DNA from: Alphaproteobacteria bacterium
Lineage (GTDB): Bacteria > Pseudomonadota > Alphaproteobacteria > GCA-2731375
Direction of reading: 5' to 3'
Assembly (NCBI GenBank): GCA_965232515.1
Contig: CBDDPY010000002.1
Location: forward strand, 1,088,001-1,152,000
Length of the DNA: 64,000 nt
The position numbers and the translations under genes are program-made. Below are positions 53,486-63,620 of the stretch, piece by piece (the stretch's first letter is position 1; every line of letters starts with the position of its first letter). The notes beneath the pieces are model-generated. The model was given only the letters and a program-made list of their open reading frames with translations, was not told the DNA's origin and made no database searches.

Positions 53486-53984
53486 CGCGAACGTCTCGCG
53501 CGTTCCAGCTGTCGATCGCGCCGTGAAGCTGGTCGATGATCCGGTAGGTCGCCGCGCGATCCTCGGGACTGAGTGCGGCCAACAGGTGCCGCTGTCGCTT
53601 GCGCATCACCGGCAGGATCTTCTTTGCCTGCCGCTCACCCGTCTTGGTCAACGACGCAACGACCGTGCGCCGGTCGTCCTGGGGCCGCATCGTCAGCACG
53701 AAACCCTTGTCCGTCAGACTGCCCAGCGAGCGGCTGATCAACCCCTTGTCCATAGCCGACAGCTCCGCCATCCGCGCGACCGAAATCGGGCCGTTCGCGA
53801 GCAACAGTCCCATGCAGCGCCATTCGGGCAGCCGCAAGTCGGCTTCGCGCGACAGGATCTTCGTCGCCTGCCGGTTCAGCCGGTTGGTGAGCGTCAGCAG
53901 CCGGTAGGTCAGAAAATTCTGCAGCGGCAGATCGTCAAGCGAACCCGCTGGGCTCTCGTTGGGCTCCGCGCGTTTCGGGGGCAT
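53472..53984 (-). CDS. MarR-family transcriptional regulator
   Basis: LRLPEWR, MDKGLISR, DDRRTVVASLT winged helix. Confidence 0.92.
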   Translation of the reverse strand: MPPKRAEPNESPAGSLDDLPLQNFLTYRLLTLTNRLNRQATKILSREADLRLPEWRCMGLLLANGPISVARMAELSAMDKGLISRSLGSLTDKGFVLTMRPQDDRRTVVASLTKTGERQAKKILPVMRKRQRHLLAALSPEDRAATYRIIDQLHGAIDSWNARDVRDGAA

Positions 53985-54006
53985 AGGTTCACCGCACTCG
54001 AAATTT

Positions 54007-54035
54007 ATTGACTAATCAATTATTGACAGATCAAC
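54007..54035. promoter_or_regulatory. Tandem MarR-type operator: ATTGA-N4-TCAAT and ATTGA-N4-TCAAC
   Basis: Two palindromes with a 15-bp period in the divergent marR/tctC promoter region. Confidence 0.75.
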
Positions 54036-54103
54036 AAATAATGCGCAAGCTTTACATAACAACAAAGCCGGCTGTGTCCGGTGGAAGGCAGGGAGGAAAC
54101 ACC

Positions 54104-55054
54104 ATGCGACGTTCTGCAACCACGTTCGCCGCGCTCTTGTTTGGCTGCATCGCCTATGCGGCGCCGGCTCTCGCCGAATGGCAGCCGTCGGGACCGATCA
54201 AGATGATGATCGCGTTCCGCGCCGGGGGCGGTGCCGACACGCAGGCGCGTCTGATCGCCGAAGAACTTGAGGCCCGGAAGGGCTGGAAGATCATTCCCGA
54301 AAACGTCACCGGCAAGGGCGGCGCCAACATGGCCAATGTCCTGAAGAAGGAACCGGCCGATGGTCTCAGCATCGGCATGGCGGTGATCGAGACGTTCGTC
54401 TACAACACGCTGGCCAATCCCAAGATTGGCTACGCGACCAAGGACTTCACCTATATCACCACCACGGCGCCGACCCAGATGGGCATCGTCGCGCGCGCGG
54501 ACAAGGGTTGGAAGTCGCTCGACGATCTGGTGGCCGCAGCCAAGTCCGGCCGGAAGGTCTCGGTCTCGGCCATGTCGCCCCGGCTGGCCGACGGCGTCTA
54601 TATGATCAGCCAGCACTACGGCATCGACCTGAACACCGTGATGGTCAAGGGTGGTAAGGGCTCGATGAACGCCATCATGGCCGGCGATGTGGACGCCGGC
54701 TGGGTCGCCGGCATTCAAGCCAAGGGCGTGAAGTCGGGCGATCTTGTGAACCTGGCCTCGGGTGAAGGCGAACGACTCGCCATGTCGCCAGATGCCGCCA
54801 CGCTCAGCGAACTCGGCATGCCCTTCGCGTTCGGCGCCACTTTCGCCTTTGTCGGCCCTTCTGGCATGCCGGCCGATGCTCGCAACACAATCGCCACGGC
54901 TGTCGCCGAGATCTTGAACGATCCCGAGACCAAGGCCGCAAAGATGATCAGCAAAGCCTTCGGTCCGCCGCTCGTTCTCGCCGGCAGCGATTTCGACAAC
55001 ATGGTTGAGCGCGCCGTCGAGCAGGATCAGGCGCTGCTGAAGGCGACCGAATAG
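54104..55054 (+). CDS. Tripartite tricarboxylate transporter substrate-binding protein (TctC/Bug)
   Basis: Signal peptide; AFRAGGGADTQAR, ENVTGKGGA; followed by TctB/TctA. Confidence 0.9.
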   Translation: MRRSATTFAALLFGCIAYAAPALAEWQPSGPIKMMIAFRAGGGADTQARLIAEELEARKGWKIIPENVTGKGGANMANVLKKEPADGLSIGMAVIETFVYNTLANPKIGYATKDFTYITTTAPTQMGIVARADKGWKSLDDLVAAAKSGRKVSVSAMSPRLADGVYMISQHYGIDLNTVMVKGGKGSMNAIMAGDVDAGWVAGIQAKGVKSGDLVNLASGEGERLAMSPDAATLSELGMPFAFGATFAFVGPSGMPADARNTIATAVAEILNDPETKAAKMISKAFGPPLVLAGSDFDNMVERAVEQDQALLKATE

Positions 55055-55099
55055 ACCAGAGGATCGCCAAAAGCGCCGACGGCAGAAGTCATCGGGCCG

Positions 55100-55684
55100 A
55101 TGCGAAGCATCCACTGGAACCTGACCCTCGGTCTGATCTTCACGGCCTTCGCGCTGTTGACGCTGCTGGTCTGGATCCCGAACGACATCGAAACCGGCAT
55201 CGTCGAGAAGGTACGCCGGCGGGTCGAAGTAGGCGATGCCATGTTCCCGGTCGTGATCGCGACGGCGTTGCTGGTCGTCAGTGCGCTCCTGGCCATCGCA
55301 TCGGCATGGGACATGCGGCGAGGCGAAGCCGAGGACGGCGACGGGCGGTTGACGCTCGAGAACGGCCGGCATCTGATCTGGCTTATCGCTGTCATCGCCA
55401 TCAGCCTCGCGTTGATGGTCTGGACGGGTCCGGTGGTCGTGACGGCTTTCAACGCCTTCGGCGCCGATCTCGGCAGCTATCGCGAGCTGCGCGACACCGT
55501 ACCCTACAAGTACCTTGGCTTCGTCCTGGGTGGCCTGTTTCTGGTCGTCGGCCTGATTGCGGCGATCGAAGGACGGCCCGGCCTGACGGCCGTCATGACG
55601 GCCGCCGGTACCGTCGCCGCGCTGATCCTGCTTTACGATCTGCCGTTCGACGATCTGCTGCTGCCGCCGAACGGTGACCAATGA
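55100..55684 (+). CDS. TctB-like small membrane subunit
   Basis: Several TM helices; lies between tctC and tctA. Confidence 0.78.
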   Translation: MRSIHWNLTLGLIFTAFALLTLLVWIPNDIETGIVEKVRRRVEVGDAMFPVVIATALLVVSALLAIASAWDMRRGEAEDGDGRLTLENGRHLIWLIAVIAISLALMVWTGPVVVTAFNAFGADLGSYRELRDTVPYKYLGFVLGGLFLVVGLIAAIEGRPGLTAVMTAAGTVAALILLYDLPFDDLLLPPNGDQ

Positions 55685-57273
55685 GCACCGTGCTGGACTA
55701 TGTCTGGCTCGGTGTCTTGGAGGTCTTCGCCGCCGCGCCCGTCGCCACCGTCTTCGGCCTGCCGATTTCGATCACCATTGTCATGGTTCTGGCGGGATTC
55801 CTGGGCGGCATCGTGGTCGGCGCGACGCCGGGCCTCAGCGGGCCGTTCGCCATGGCGGTGTCGCTGCCGATCCTGATCTCGGTGTTCGGCGTCAACGTCG
55901 ATGCGGCGCTGCCGGTCATGGGGTTCCTGATCGGCGTGATGAAAGGCGCGACGATCGGCGGCGCGGTGCCGGCCATCCTGTTCAACACGCCCGGCACGCC
56001 GGACGCGTTGCTGACCACGTTCGACGGCTATCCAATGACCCGGAAGGGGCAGGGCGGCAAAGCGCTGCGCGTCGCCCATTTCTCTTCGGCTTCGGGCGAC
56101 ACGTTCTCTGACATCGTGCTCTTCACGACAGCGCCGTTCCTGGCCGTGATGGTGGAGTCCTATCTCGGCTTCGCGGAGAAGGCGGCATTGATCATCCTGT
56201 CACTGTCGTTCATTGCGGCCGTTGTCGGCAGTTCGGTCCTGAAGGGCCTGCTGGCGGCGCTGTTCGGCATGTTTCTGGCGCTGATCGCGAACGGCGAAGA
56301 CCTCTATCCGCGTCTGACTCTCGGCACCGACGCGCTGCGACAGGGCTTCCCGCTGACCTCGGCCGTGCTCGGCGTGCTGATCCTGGGCGAGATCTTCAAG
56401 GCGCTGGAGGACATGGCCCGCGAACGCCGACAACGCGACGCCATTGCCCAGATCAAGCCCAGCGGCGACAACCGGCTTCATTTCGCCGACATCAGACGAC
56501 TACTGCCGTTTGTCGGCATGTCGTCCGCTATCGGCACGATGATCGGCGCCATGCCGGGTATCGGATCGACGCTGGCCGCGACCATGGGCTATTCGCTTGG
56601 CAAGAACATCTCGAAACGTCCGCAGGACTTCGGCACCGGCATACCCGAGGGCGTCGCCGCCACCGAGGCCGCCAACTCGTCCGTTTCCGGCGCCAATCTG
56701 ATCCCCGTGCTCAGTCTCGGCATTCCCGGCAACGTCGCGGCGATCTTCCTGATCCTGGCGACCGAGAGTATCGGCGGCTTCAACCCGGGTCCGTCGGTGT
56801 TCAAGTTCGACCCGGTCGAGGTGAACCACGAGCTGGTCATCGCCTTCGGCCTGTTCACCACCATGGTTATCGCGAACCTCTTCAACTGGACCATCGGCGG
56901 TCTGTTCATGCGCGCGACCGGCGTCATGGTGCGCATTCCAAAGCAATACCTTCTGCCGGCCGTGCTGTTGCTGACGCTGACCTCGATCTATGTCGAGAGC
57001 ACGAACATGATGGCGATCTACATCGCGATCGCCTTCGGACTGCTGGGCTATGCGATGCGCCGGCTGAACATCTCCGTGCTGCCGTTCGTCATCGCCTTCA
57101 TCCTGGCAAACAACCTGGAGGAGGGCATCCGCCGCGCCTTCAGCGTGTCCGGCAACGATCCCTGGTTCTTCCTCGACAGTCCGATCTCACTGACCTTTTT
57201 CGCCATGATCGGGCTGGTGATCTACTTCTTCGGCTATCGCGCGAAGAAGCGCGAACAGCGTCTGGCGGACTGA
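55681..57273 (+). CDS. TctA large membrane subunit
   Basis: VGATPGLSG, ILFNTPGTP, TFDGYPM, EAANSS, LSLGIPG. Confidence 0.93.
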   Translation: MSTVLDYVWLGVLEVFAAAPVATVFGLPISITIVMVLAGFLGGIVVGATPGLSGPFAMAVSLPILISVFGVNVDAALPVMGFLIGVMKGATIGGAVPAILFNTPGTPDALLTTFDGYPMTRKGQGGKALRVAHFSSASGDTFSDIVLFTTAPFLAVMVESYLGFAEKAALIILSLSFIAAVVGSSVLKGLLAALFGMFLALIANGEDLYPRLTLGTDALRQGFPLTSAVLGVLILGEIFKALEDMARERRQRDAIAQIKPSGDNRLHFADIRRLLPFVGMSSAIGTMIGAMPGIGSTLAATMGYSLGKNISKRPQDFGTGIPEGVAATEAANSSVSGANLIPVLSLGIPGNVAAIFLILATESIGGFNPGPSVFKFDPVEVNHELVIAFGLFTTMVIANLFNWTIGGLFMRATGVMVRIPKQYLLPAVLLLTLTSIYVESTNMMAIYIAIAFGLLGYAMRRLNISVLPFVIAFILANNLEEGIRRAFSVSGNDPWFFLDSPISLTFFAMIGLVIYFFGYRAKKREQRLAD

Positions 57274-57274
57274 C

Positions 57275-58807
57275 ATGACCCGACCGAACATTCTGCTCAT
57301 CACCTCGGACCAGCAGCGCGGCGACTGCTTCGGCTTCGAAGGCCGCCGCGTAAAGACGCCGCATCTCGACCAACTGGCGGCCGACGGCACACGTTTCTCG
57401 GCCTGCATCACGCCGAACGTGGTCTGCCAGCCGTCGCGGGCGTCGATCCTGACCGGCCAGCTGCCCCTGACGCACGGCGTGCACGACAACGGTATCGATC
57501 TCGATCCGGCGGTCGGCGGCAAGGGTTTCGCGGGCACGTTGTCTTCCGCCGGCTACGACACCCGCTTCATCGGCAAGGCGCATTTCGCGACCTATCACAC
57601 GTTCGAACCCACGGGCACGCCGGAATGTCTGCGCAGCTCGGCGAACTACGACGCGGATTGGTCCGGGCCCTATATGGGCTTCGAGACCGTCGAGCTGATG
57701 CTGGTCGGCCACAACTGGTTCCTGCCCGAGAAACCAACTGGCGGGCAGCATTACGAACGCTGGTACCATGCCGACGGCCAGGGCGACGACAGGAACCGGC
57801 TCTACCAGACCGCGCTGCCGCCCGTCAGCGACGCCGCGCAGACCTTCCACTCGGCGCTGCCGCCGGCCTGGCACAACTCGACCTGGGTCGGCGACCGTAC
57901 CATCGCTTACCTGCGCGACGCGGCCAAGGCCGACCGGCCATTCTGTGTCTGGGCCTCGTTCCCGGACCCGCATCATCCCTTCGATGCGCCCGATCCCTGG
58001 AGCCGCATGCACCATCCCGACGAAGTCGATCTGCCGCCGCATCGCAGCCGCGATCTCGACCGCCGGCCATGGTGGCACCGCGCGGCGCTGGAGAACGAAC
58101 CGAAGGGCGCCGGCGACTTCGCGGAGGTGCGCAAGAGCTACAGCCGCATTCCGCCGCAGACCGACGCGCAGCTGCGCGACCTGATCGCCAACTACTACGG
58201 CCAGATCTCGTTGATCGATCACAATATCGGACGCATCCTGATCGCGCTCGCCGAGACCGGCCTCGACGCCGACACGCTCGTGATCTTCACGTCAGACCAT
58301 GGCGACTGGCTCGGCGACCACGGGCTGATCCTGAAGGGCCCGATGCACTACGAGGGGCTGCTGCGGGTCGGCCTGATCGCGCGTGGGCCCGGTGTGTCGG
58401 TTGGCGGCATCGTCGACGAACCGGTCTCCACCCTCGACCTCGGCGCGACGTTCTACGACTACGCCGGCGCCGACGCGCTACTGCCGCAACACGGACGCTC
58501 GCTCCGACCGCTCTTGCAAGGCGCCACCGAGACCCGCGACTACGCCCTCAACGAATGGGAGCTGCTGCCGTCGCGCGCCGGCGTCCAGCTCTCGCTGCGC
58601 ACCGTGCGCACGAAGACCCACAAGCTGACTCTCGACCTTCGGTCGGACGAGGGCGAACTCTACGATCTCGCCAACGATCCCTTCGAACTGGAGAACCGTT
58701 ACCACGACCCAGCCTACGCCTCGACGCGCCGCGAACTCGCCGCGATGATCGAGGCGCGGCCCGACGACGCCCGCGCCGAGCTCAGCACGCAGGTCGGTGC
58801 CGCCTAG
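57275..58807 (+). CDS. Cys-type sulfatase, cytoplasmic
   Basis: NILLITSDQQR, CQPSR (CxPxR), GKAH, SFPDPHHPF, SDHGDWLGDHG..LKG; no signal peptide. Confidence 0.93.
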   Translation: MTRPNILLITSDQQRGDCFGFEGRRVKTPHLDQLAADGTRFSACITPNVVCQPSRASILTGQLPLTHGVHDNGIDLDPAVGGKGFAGTLSSAGYDTRFIGKAHFATYHTFEPTGTPECLRSSANYDADWSGPYMGFETVELMLVGHNWFLPEKPTGGQHYERWYHADGQGDDRNRLYQTALPPVSDAAQTFHSALPPAWHNSTWVGDRTIAYLRDAAKADRPFCVWASFPDPHHPFDAPDPWSRMHHPDEVDLPPHRSRDLDRRPWWHRAALENEPKGAGDFAEVRKSYSRIPPQTDAQLRDLIANYYGQISLIDHNIGRILIALAETGLDADTLVIFTSDHGDWLGDHGLILKGPMHYEGLLRVGLIARGPGVSVGGIVDEPVSTLDLGATFYDYAGADALLPQHGRSLRPLLQGATETRDYALNEWELLPSRAGVQLSLRTVRTKTHKLTLDLRSDEGELYDLANDPFELENRYHDPAYASTRRELAAMIEARPDDARAELSTQVGAA

Positions 58808-58834
58808 TCCGTCCCAGAATTGTCACGACGCGGA

Positions 58835-58850
58835 TGTGGGCGACCTCACA
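58835..58850. promoter_or_regulatory. CRP/FNR-family-like box TGTGG-N6-TCACA
   Basis: One mismatch to TGTGA-N6-TCACA, about 80 bp upstream of the PEP-CTERM gene at 58927. Confidence 0.45.
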
Positions 58851-58926
58851 ATCATGGCATCGAGCGCACGTAAAATGCCGTCTCTATTGGGCCGCATGCT
58901 GGTCGGCCGACATCAGAGAGGGCGAC

Positions 58927-59673
58927 ATGAAGCAGCGGATCATTCGGTTCAGCGCTATGGCAATGGTGGCGGTGTTGGCCGCATCAAGCGCCTGGGCCGA
59001 CATCGTCGTACCCGGCGATTTAGCCGATATGGAAGCGAACGAAGGCAACAGCTTCCCCTTCAACATCGCCATGTCCGGCTTCGACTCGCAGCGCTATCAG
59101 CAGGTCTACGATGCTTCCGAGTTCGGTATGGATCCGCTCAGCATCTCGGGCCTGATGTTCCGCCCGGACACGCTGGCTGGCGACCCATTCGACACGATGA
59201 TCTCGAACGTGGAAATCCGGTTGTCAACGACACCGCAGCCGGTCGACGGTTTGAGCCTGACGTTTGCAAACAATGTCGGCGCGGACGAGGTCACCGTGTT
59301 CTCGGGCGCGCTGTCGCTGTCGAGCGCCGATACGGGCGTGAACCTGCCCGGCGTGCCACGGGACTTCGACATCGGCATCGCCTTCGATACCGACTTCACA
59401 TACGACCCGACGTTGGGCAACCTGCTACTCGATATCTCGGTGTTCGAAAGCGCGTCGACGACAGCGTTTGACGCCGCTTTCGTCGGCGACGACACGACGT
59501 CGCGGGTTTTCACGACAATCAGCGGCGCAATCTCACCGACGGCCGACATGGCCGATGTGACGGGCCTCGTGACGAAATTCGTCACGACGGACGTCCCGGA
59601 GCCGGGCGGTCTGACGCTCCTGGCCCTCGGCCTCGCCGGGCTCGGCTTCGCGCGCCGCCGGTCTAGAGCTTGA
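58927..59673 (+). CDS. PEP-CTERM sorting domain protein (248 aa), acidic beta-rich domain
   Basis: RBS GAGAGGG; signal peptide ending AWA; RYQQVY...FDIGIAF...YDPTLGNLLLD; VPEPGGLTLLALGLAGLGFARRR. Confidence 0.9.
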   Translation: MKQRIIRFSAMAMVAVLAASSAWADIVVPGDLADMEANEGNSFPFNIAMSGFDSQRYQQVYDASEFGMDPLSISGLMFRPDTLAGDPFDTMISNVEIRLSTTPQPVDGLSLTFANNVGADEVTVFSGALSLSSADTGVNLPGVPRDFDIGIAFDTDFTYDPTLGNLLLDISVFESASTTAFDAAFVGDDTTSRVFTTISGAISPTADMADVTGLVTKFVTTDVPEPGGLTLLALGLAGLGFARRRSRA

Positions 59674-61174
59674 TGCAGACGTTCCTGAGCTCGGTATAGA
59701 ACTCCAGCGAGTGCAGACCGCCCTCACGGCCGATGCCGGACTGCTTCGACCCGCCGAAGGGCGTGCGCAGGTCGCGCAGGAACCAGCTGTTGACCCAGCA
59801 GATGCCGACATCGATTTGCGCCGCTACCCTGTGCGCGCGGGACAGGTTCTCCGTCCAGACGCTGCAGGCGAGGCCATAGGGCGAGTCGTTGGCCAGCGCC
59901 ACGGCCTCGGCCTCGTCGTCGAACGGCCTGACGTGACAGCAGGGCCCGAAGATCTCCTCCCGCACCACGGCTGACTCGTCGGGCAGGCCGGTCCAGATCG
60001 TCGGCTCGACCCAGGCGCCGCCGGCGAGCTCGTCGGGCATCTCTGGCACGCCGCCGCCGGTCACCACTGTGGCGCCATCCTCGACCGCACGCCGGTAATA
60101 GGACAGCACCTTGTCGCGGTGCTCCTGGCTGATCAGCGGCCCCAGCTCCGTCGCGGGGTCTTCCGGCGGACCGAGCGACAGCGCCTCGGCGCCGGCCTTC
60201 AACCGTTCAACAAACGCATCGAAGATCGGCCGCTCGACATAGACCCGCTCAGTGCCTAGGCAGACCTGGCCGCAATTGGCGAACACCGAGCGCATGGTGC
60301 CCTCGATCGCCTTATCGAGATCGCAATCGGCGAAGACCAGCGCCGGGTTCTTGCCGCCGAGCTCGAACGAAACGTCGCGCACGCCGACGGCGGCGGCCTG
60401 CATGATGGCCTCGCCGGTGCGCGTCTCGCCGGTAAACGTGATCGCATCTACGCCCGAATGCCGGGTCAGGAACTCGCCGGCCGAGTCCGGACCGAAACCG
60501 TGCACCACGTTGAAAACGCCGTTCGGTACGCCGACCTCGTTCATCACCTCGCCCAGCAGGGCCGTGGTGCTCGGCGTTTCCTCCGACGGCTTGACCACCA
60601 CCGTGTTGCCGCAGGCGAGCGCCGGCCCGACCTTCCAGGTCATCAGCAGCAGCGGCAGGTTCCAGGGGCTGATTACGCCGATCACGCCCTTCGGTACCCG
60701 CAGCGCATAGTTGATCGCGCCCGTACCGTCAGGCGTCGGCTGCGTGAAGAACTCGGCCCCGACGTTGCGGATCATGTCGGCGAAGACCTTGAAGTTTGCC
60801 GCGCCGCGCGGAATATCGATGTGCGAGGCCAAGCTGACCGGCTTGCCGGTGTCGCCGATCTCGGCGGCCAGGAAATCGTCGAACCGCGCGTTGATGCCGT
60901 CCACAAGTCGACAGAGCAGATCGGCCCGGTCCGGCACGCTCATCTGGCCCCAGGGGCCGGTGAGGGCGGCACGCGCGGCGCGCACCGCAACATCGACCTC
61001 CGCACGGCCCGCTTCATGCACCAGCGCGATCAGCCGGCCGTCGACGGGACTGCGGTTCTCGAACAGCTTGCCGCTGCCGCCGCTGGTATATGCGCCATCG
61101 ATGAAGTGGCTGATGTACCGGTCTTCCGGCCGCACTCCGGGTGCCGCCGCGGATGGCGCAGCGCTTGTCGTCAT
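59663..61174 (-). CDS. dmpC: 2-hydroxymuconic semialdehyde dehydrogenase
   Basis: DIPRGAANF, SPWNLPLLL, FTGETRTG, ELGGKN, NCGQVCL, WFLRDLRTPFGG. Confidence 0.94.
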   Translation of the reverse strand: MTTSAAPSAAAPGVRPEDRYISHFIDGAYTSGGSGKLFENRSPVDGRLIALVHEAGRAEVDVAVRAARAALTGPWGQMSVPDRADLLCRLVDGINARFDDFLAAEIGDTGKPVSLASHIDIPRGAANFKVFADMIRNVGAEFFTQPTPDGTGAINYALRVPKGVIGVISPWNLPLLLMTWKVGPALACGNTVVVKPSEETPSTTALLGEVMNEVGVPNGVFNVVHGFGPDSAGEFLTRHSGVDAITFTGETRTGEAIMQAAAVGVRDVSFELGGKNPALVFADCDLDKAIEGTMRSVFANCGQVCLGTERVYVERPIFDAFVERLKAGAEALSLGPPEDPATELGPLISQEHRDKVLSYYRRAVEDGATVVTGGGVPEMPDELAGGAWVEPTIWTGLPDESAVVREEIFGPCCHVRPFDDEAEAVALANDSPYGLACSVWTENLSRAHRVAAQIDVGICWVNSWFLRDLRTPFGGSKQSGIGREGGLHSLEFYTELRNVCIKL

Positions 61175-61214
61175 ATCGTATCTCCCTCGCGCGGGCGTCA
61201 CCGCCCGCCGACAA

Positions 61215-62159
61215 TCAGGTATAGACGCTGGTGAAGGCGCCCGCTTCCTCGCCCGTGTGATAGAAGATGCCACGCCAGAGATTGTCTTCCGTCCAGGTGA
61301 TCGGCGGCATGTCCGGCTGCGCCAGATAGCCGAGCCCGGCGAAGGTCTCGTTGCGGTTGCCCGAGGGATCGAAGAAGTAGATCGTCGAACCGCGGGTGAT
61401 GCCGTGCCGCTGCGGCGTGACGTCGATCTTGACGCGGTTCTTGGCCATCACGTCGGCTGCCTTCAGCACGTCGGCCCAGTCGTCCAGGAAAAAGGCGCAG
61501 TGATGCAGGCCCATGCGCGGCCCGCCGACCAGCGCGATGTCGTGCGGCGTAGTCGTGCGGAACAGCCAGGTCGCGGCCTGTATGTTGCCCTCCGGCCCGA
61601 CCATGACCTGCTCGGCGAGATGGAAGTCGAGCGCCTGGCGCAGAAAGTCGGTCGATTCCGCAACCTTGTTCACGCCCTTCTCGGGATCGAGTTCGCACAT
61701 CAACAGCGCGTGGTCGAGCCAGTGCACGCCGGCGCCGCGGATGTCGTCTGGCCACGGGTCCGGGTTGGTCGTGCCGACCGCCTTGCCGACGACGGCCTTC
61801 TCGGCATAGAGGAACATCTCGTGGCCGCTCGGCATGTTGAAGCGCAAGGCCCGGCCGCAGTCGCGCAGCACGCCCGCCGGCACTTCCTCGACACCGATGC
61901 CGTAGTCGGCGATGCGCTTCTTCAGCGCATCGAGATCGGCATCGTTCTCGACCTTGTAGGCAATGTGGTTCATGCCCGCCTGGTCGGCCCTGGACAGCAT
62001 GACCGAGTACTTGTCCCACTCGTCCCAGCCCTTCAGGTAGACGTTGCCGTCGCTGTCCTCGTCCGTCCGGACCAGGCCCAGAACCTTTTCGTAGTGCTGC
62101 AACGCCGCGTCCATATCGAGGACGCGCAGGTTGATATGTCCAATTCGCATGACGCCCAT
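61215..62159 (-). CDS. dmpB: Catechol 2,3-dioxygenase
   Basis: [48 protein letters not shown]. Confidence 0.96.
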   Translation of the reverse strand: MGVMRIGHINLRVLDMDAALQHYEKVLGLVRTDEDSDGNVYLKGWDEWDKYSVMLSRADQAGMNHIAYKVENDADLDALKKRIADYGIGVEEVPAGVLRDCGRALRFNMPSGHEMFLYAEKAVVGKAVGTTNPDPWPDDIRGAGVHWLDHALLMCELDPEKGVNKVAESTDFLRQALDFHLAEQVMVGPEGNIQAATWLFRTTTPHDIALVGGPRMGLHHCAFFLDDWADVLKAADVMAKNRVKIDVTPQRHGITRGSTIYFFDPSGNRNETFAGLGYLAQPDMPPITWTEDNLWRGIFYHTGEEAGAFTSVYT

Positions 62160-62186
62160 GGTTCTTTTCCTCCTGTGCTTGTCTCG

Positions 62187-62528
62187 TTAGACGAACCCGT
62201 AGCGACGGCCCGTCACGCATCTCTGCATCTTTTCCAGCGCCTGAAGCTGGATGTCCGACAACGGCAGGGTGCGGCAGGCCAGCGCCACCCCCTCACGTTC
62301 CTCGGCCTCGCTCACATGCGCCCGGCTCATCGGCAGCGTGCGGTACTCGCCGGCCGTCACCTTGATCTTGCAGACGCCGCAACCGCCGCCGTGGCAGCCC
62401 GACGGGATGCCGGCGCGGCCCAGCGCCACCATGGCGTTCAGCACGCTCTGCCGGTCGGCACAGGCAAAGCTTTCGCCCGTGTCCAGGATCGTGATCCGAA
62501 ACCGTGCCGGCTGGTCCGATGCCGCCAT
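62187..62528 (-). CDS. dmpQ: XylT-type 2Fe-2S ferredoxin (catechol 2,3-dioxygenase reactivating)
   Basis: GCHGGGCGVCKI, MSRAHVS, LAC; directly upstream of dmpB. Confidence 0.92.
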   Translation of the reverse strand: MAASDQPARFRITILDTGESFACADRQSVLNAMVALGRAGIPSGCHGGGCGVCKIKVTAGEYRTLPMSRAHVSEAEEREGVALACRTLPLSDIQLQALEKMQRCVTGRRYGFV

Positions 62529-62536
62529 GCGACCCC

Positions 62537-63595
62537 TCAAATCCGCTTGAACAAAGGGCTGCGGGCCGGCGTCTCGGCGTCGGCCGCGGTCAGGAACTTT
62601 TCGGTGAAGATGTGCTTCTCGAACAGACGGCCGCGCATCAGCGATTTCACGCAGGCGTCGATCATCGGCGGCGGCCCGCAAAGATAGGCCTTGTGGCCCT
62701 CGAACCTGCCGTCGAACCGGCGCTCGGCGGCCTCGTGCACGAAGCCAGTCTCGCCTTGCCAGTCGTCGCCGTCATCCACCGCCGACAGCACCGGCACGTA
62801 GTGGAAGTTCGCATGGTCGGCGGCCAGCGCTTCGAACAGATCGCGGAAGTAGAGATCCTTCACGCCGCGCGCGCCCTGGATCAGCGTGATCTCGCGGTCG
62901 CAGTCGTTTTCCAACAGGTCCATCACCATCGATTTCGGGCTCGACAAGCCGGAGCCGCCGGCAAGAAAGATCATCGGTTCCGGGGCTGACGTGCGCACGA
63001 AGAACTGACCATAGGGACCGCTGAACGCCAGGCTGTCGCCGACCTTAAGCTGTTCGTGAATCCAGCCGGTCGCCGTACCGCCTTCGACCCGACGGATGTG
63101 CAACTCAACGCGATCGTGCTGCGACGGCGGGCTGGCGATCGAGAAGGGGCGGGGACCGTCGATGCCCGGCAGCGTGAGGTTGATGTATTGACCCGCCTGG
63201 AAGCGGATGCCGTCGCCGTCAAGGTCCAGCCACACGCCCTTGATGTCCGGCGTCAGGTCCTCGAGACGCGTAGCGGTGCCGGTGAAGTCCTTGACGGGGA
63301 TCCGCTGGCGGTCCGGTTCCTCGACTAGGTCGGCCTCGATTTCAGTATCCGACAGCAACGTGGCGCTGCAGGCCAGCGTCTTGCCGTCGTCGCGCTCGAA
63401 GTCCATCAGGGCGAACAACGACGCCGCGCCGTGATCGACCTCGCCGTCCAGCACCTCCACCTTGCAGGTCCCGCACAGGCCGTGCCCGCAGGCATGCGGC
63501 AGCCAGACGCCGGCGCGCAGGCAGGCATCGAGAATGGTCTGGCCGTCGCCGACCTCGATCTCGTCGCCCGTTGGCTCGACAATCAGCGTGGGCAT
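62537..63595 (-). CDS. dmpP: Multicomponent phenol hydroxylase reductase (P5)
   Basis: CGHGLCGTCK, RPFSIAS, GGSGLSSPKSM, YLCGPPPMI, RSPLFKRI. Confidence 0.95.
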   Translation of the reverse strand: MPTLIVEPTGDEIEVGDGQTILDACLRAGVWLPHACGHGLCGTCKVEVLDGEVDHGAASLFALMDFERDDGKTLACSATLLSDTEIEADLVEEPDRQRIPVKDFTGTATRLEDLTPDIKGVWLDLDGDGIRFQAGQYINLTLPGIDGPRPFSIASPPSQHDRVELHIRRVEGGTATGWIHEQLKVGDSLAFSGPYGQFFVRTSAPEPMIFLAGGSGLSSPKSMVMDLLENDCDREITLIQGARGVKDLYFRDLFEALAADHANFHYVPVLSAVDDGDDWQGETGFVHEAAERRFDGRFEGHKAYLCGPPPMIDACVKSLMRGRLFEKHIFTEKFLTAADAETPARSPLFKRI

Positions 63596-63620
63596 GGCAC
63601 GGGGCTCCGACCGGCTCGGA

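Noticed and set aside
57625-58926. 682-aa ORF extending the third PEP-CTERM protein upstream
   Set aside because: The extension overlaps the sulfatase in another frame and is Arg/Pro-rich noise; the real start with RBS and signal peptide is at 58927.
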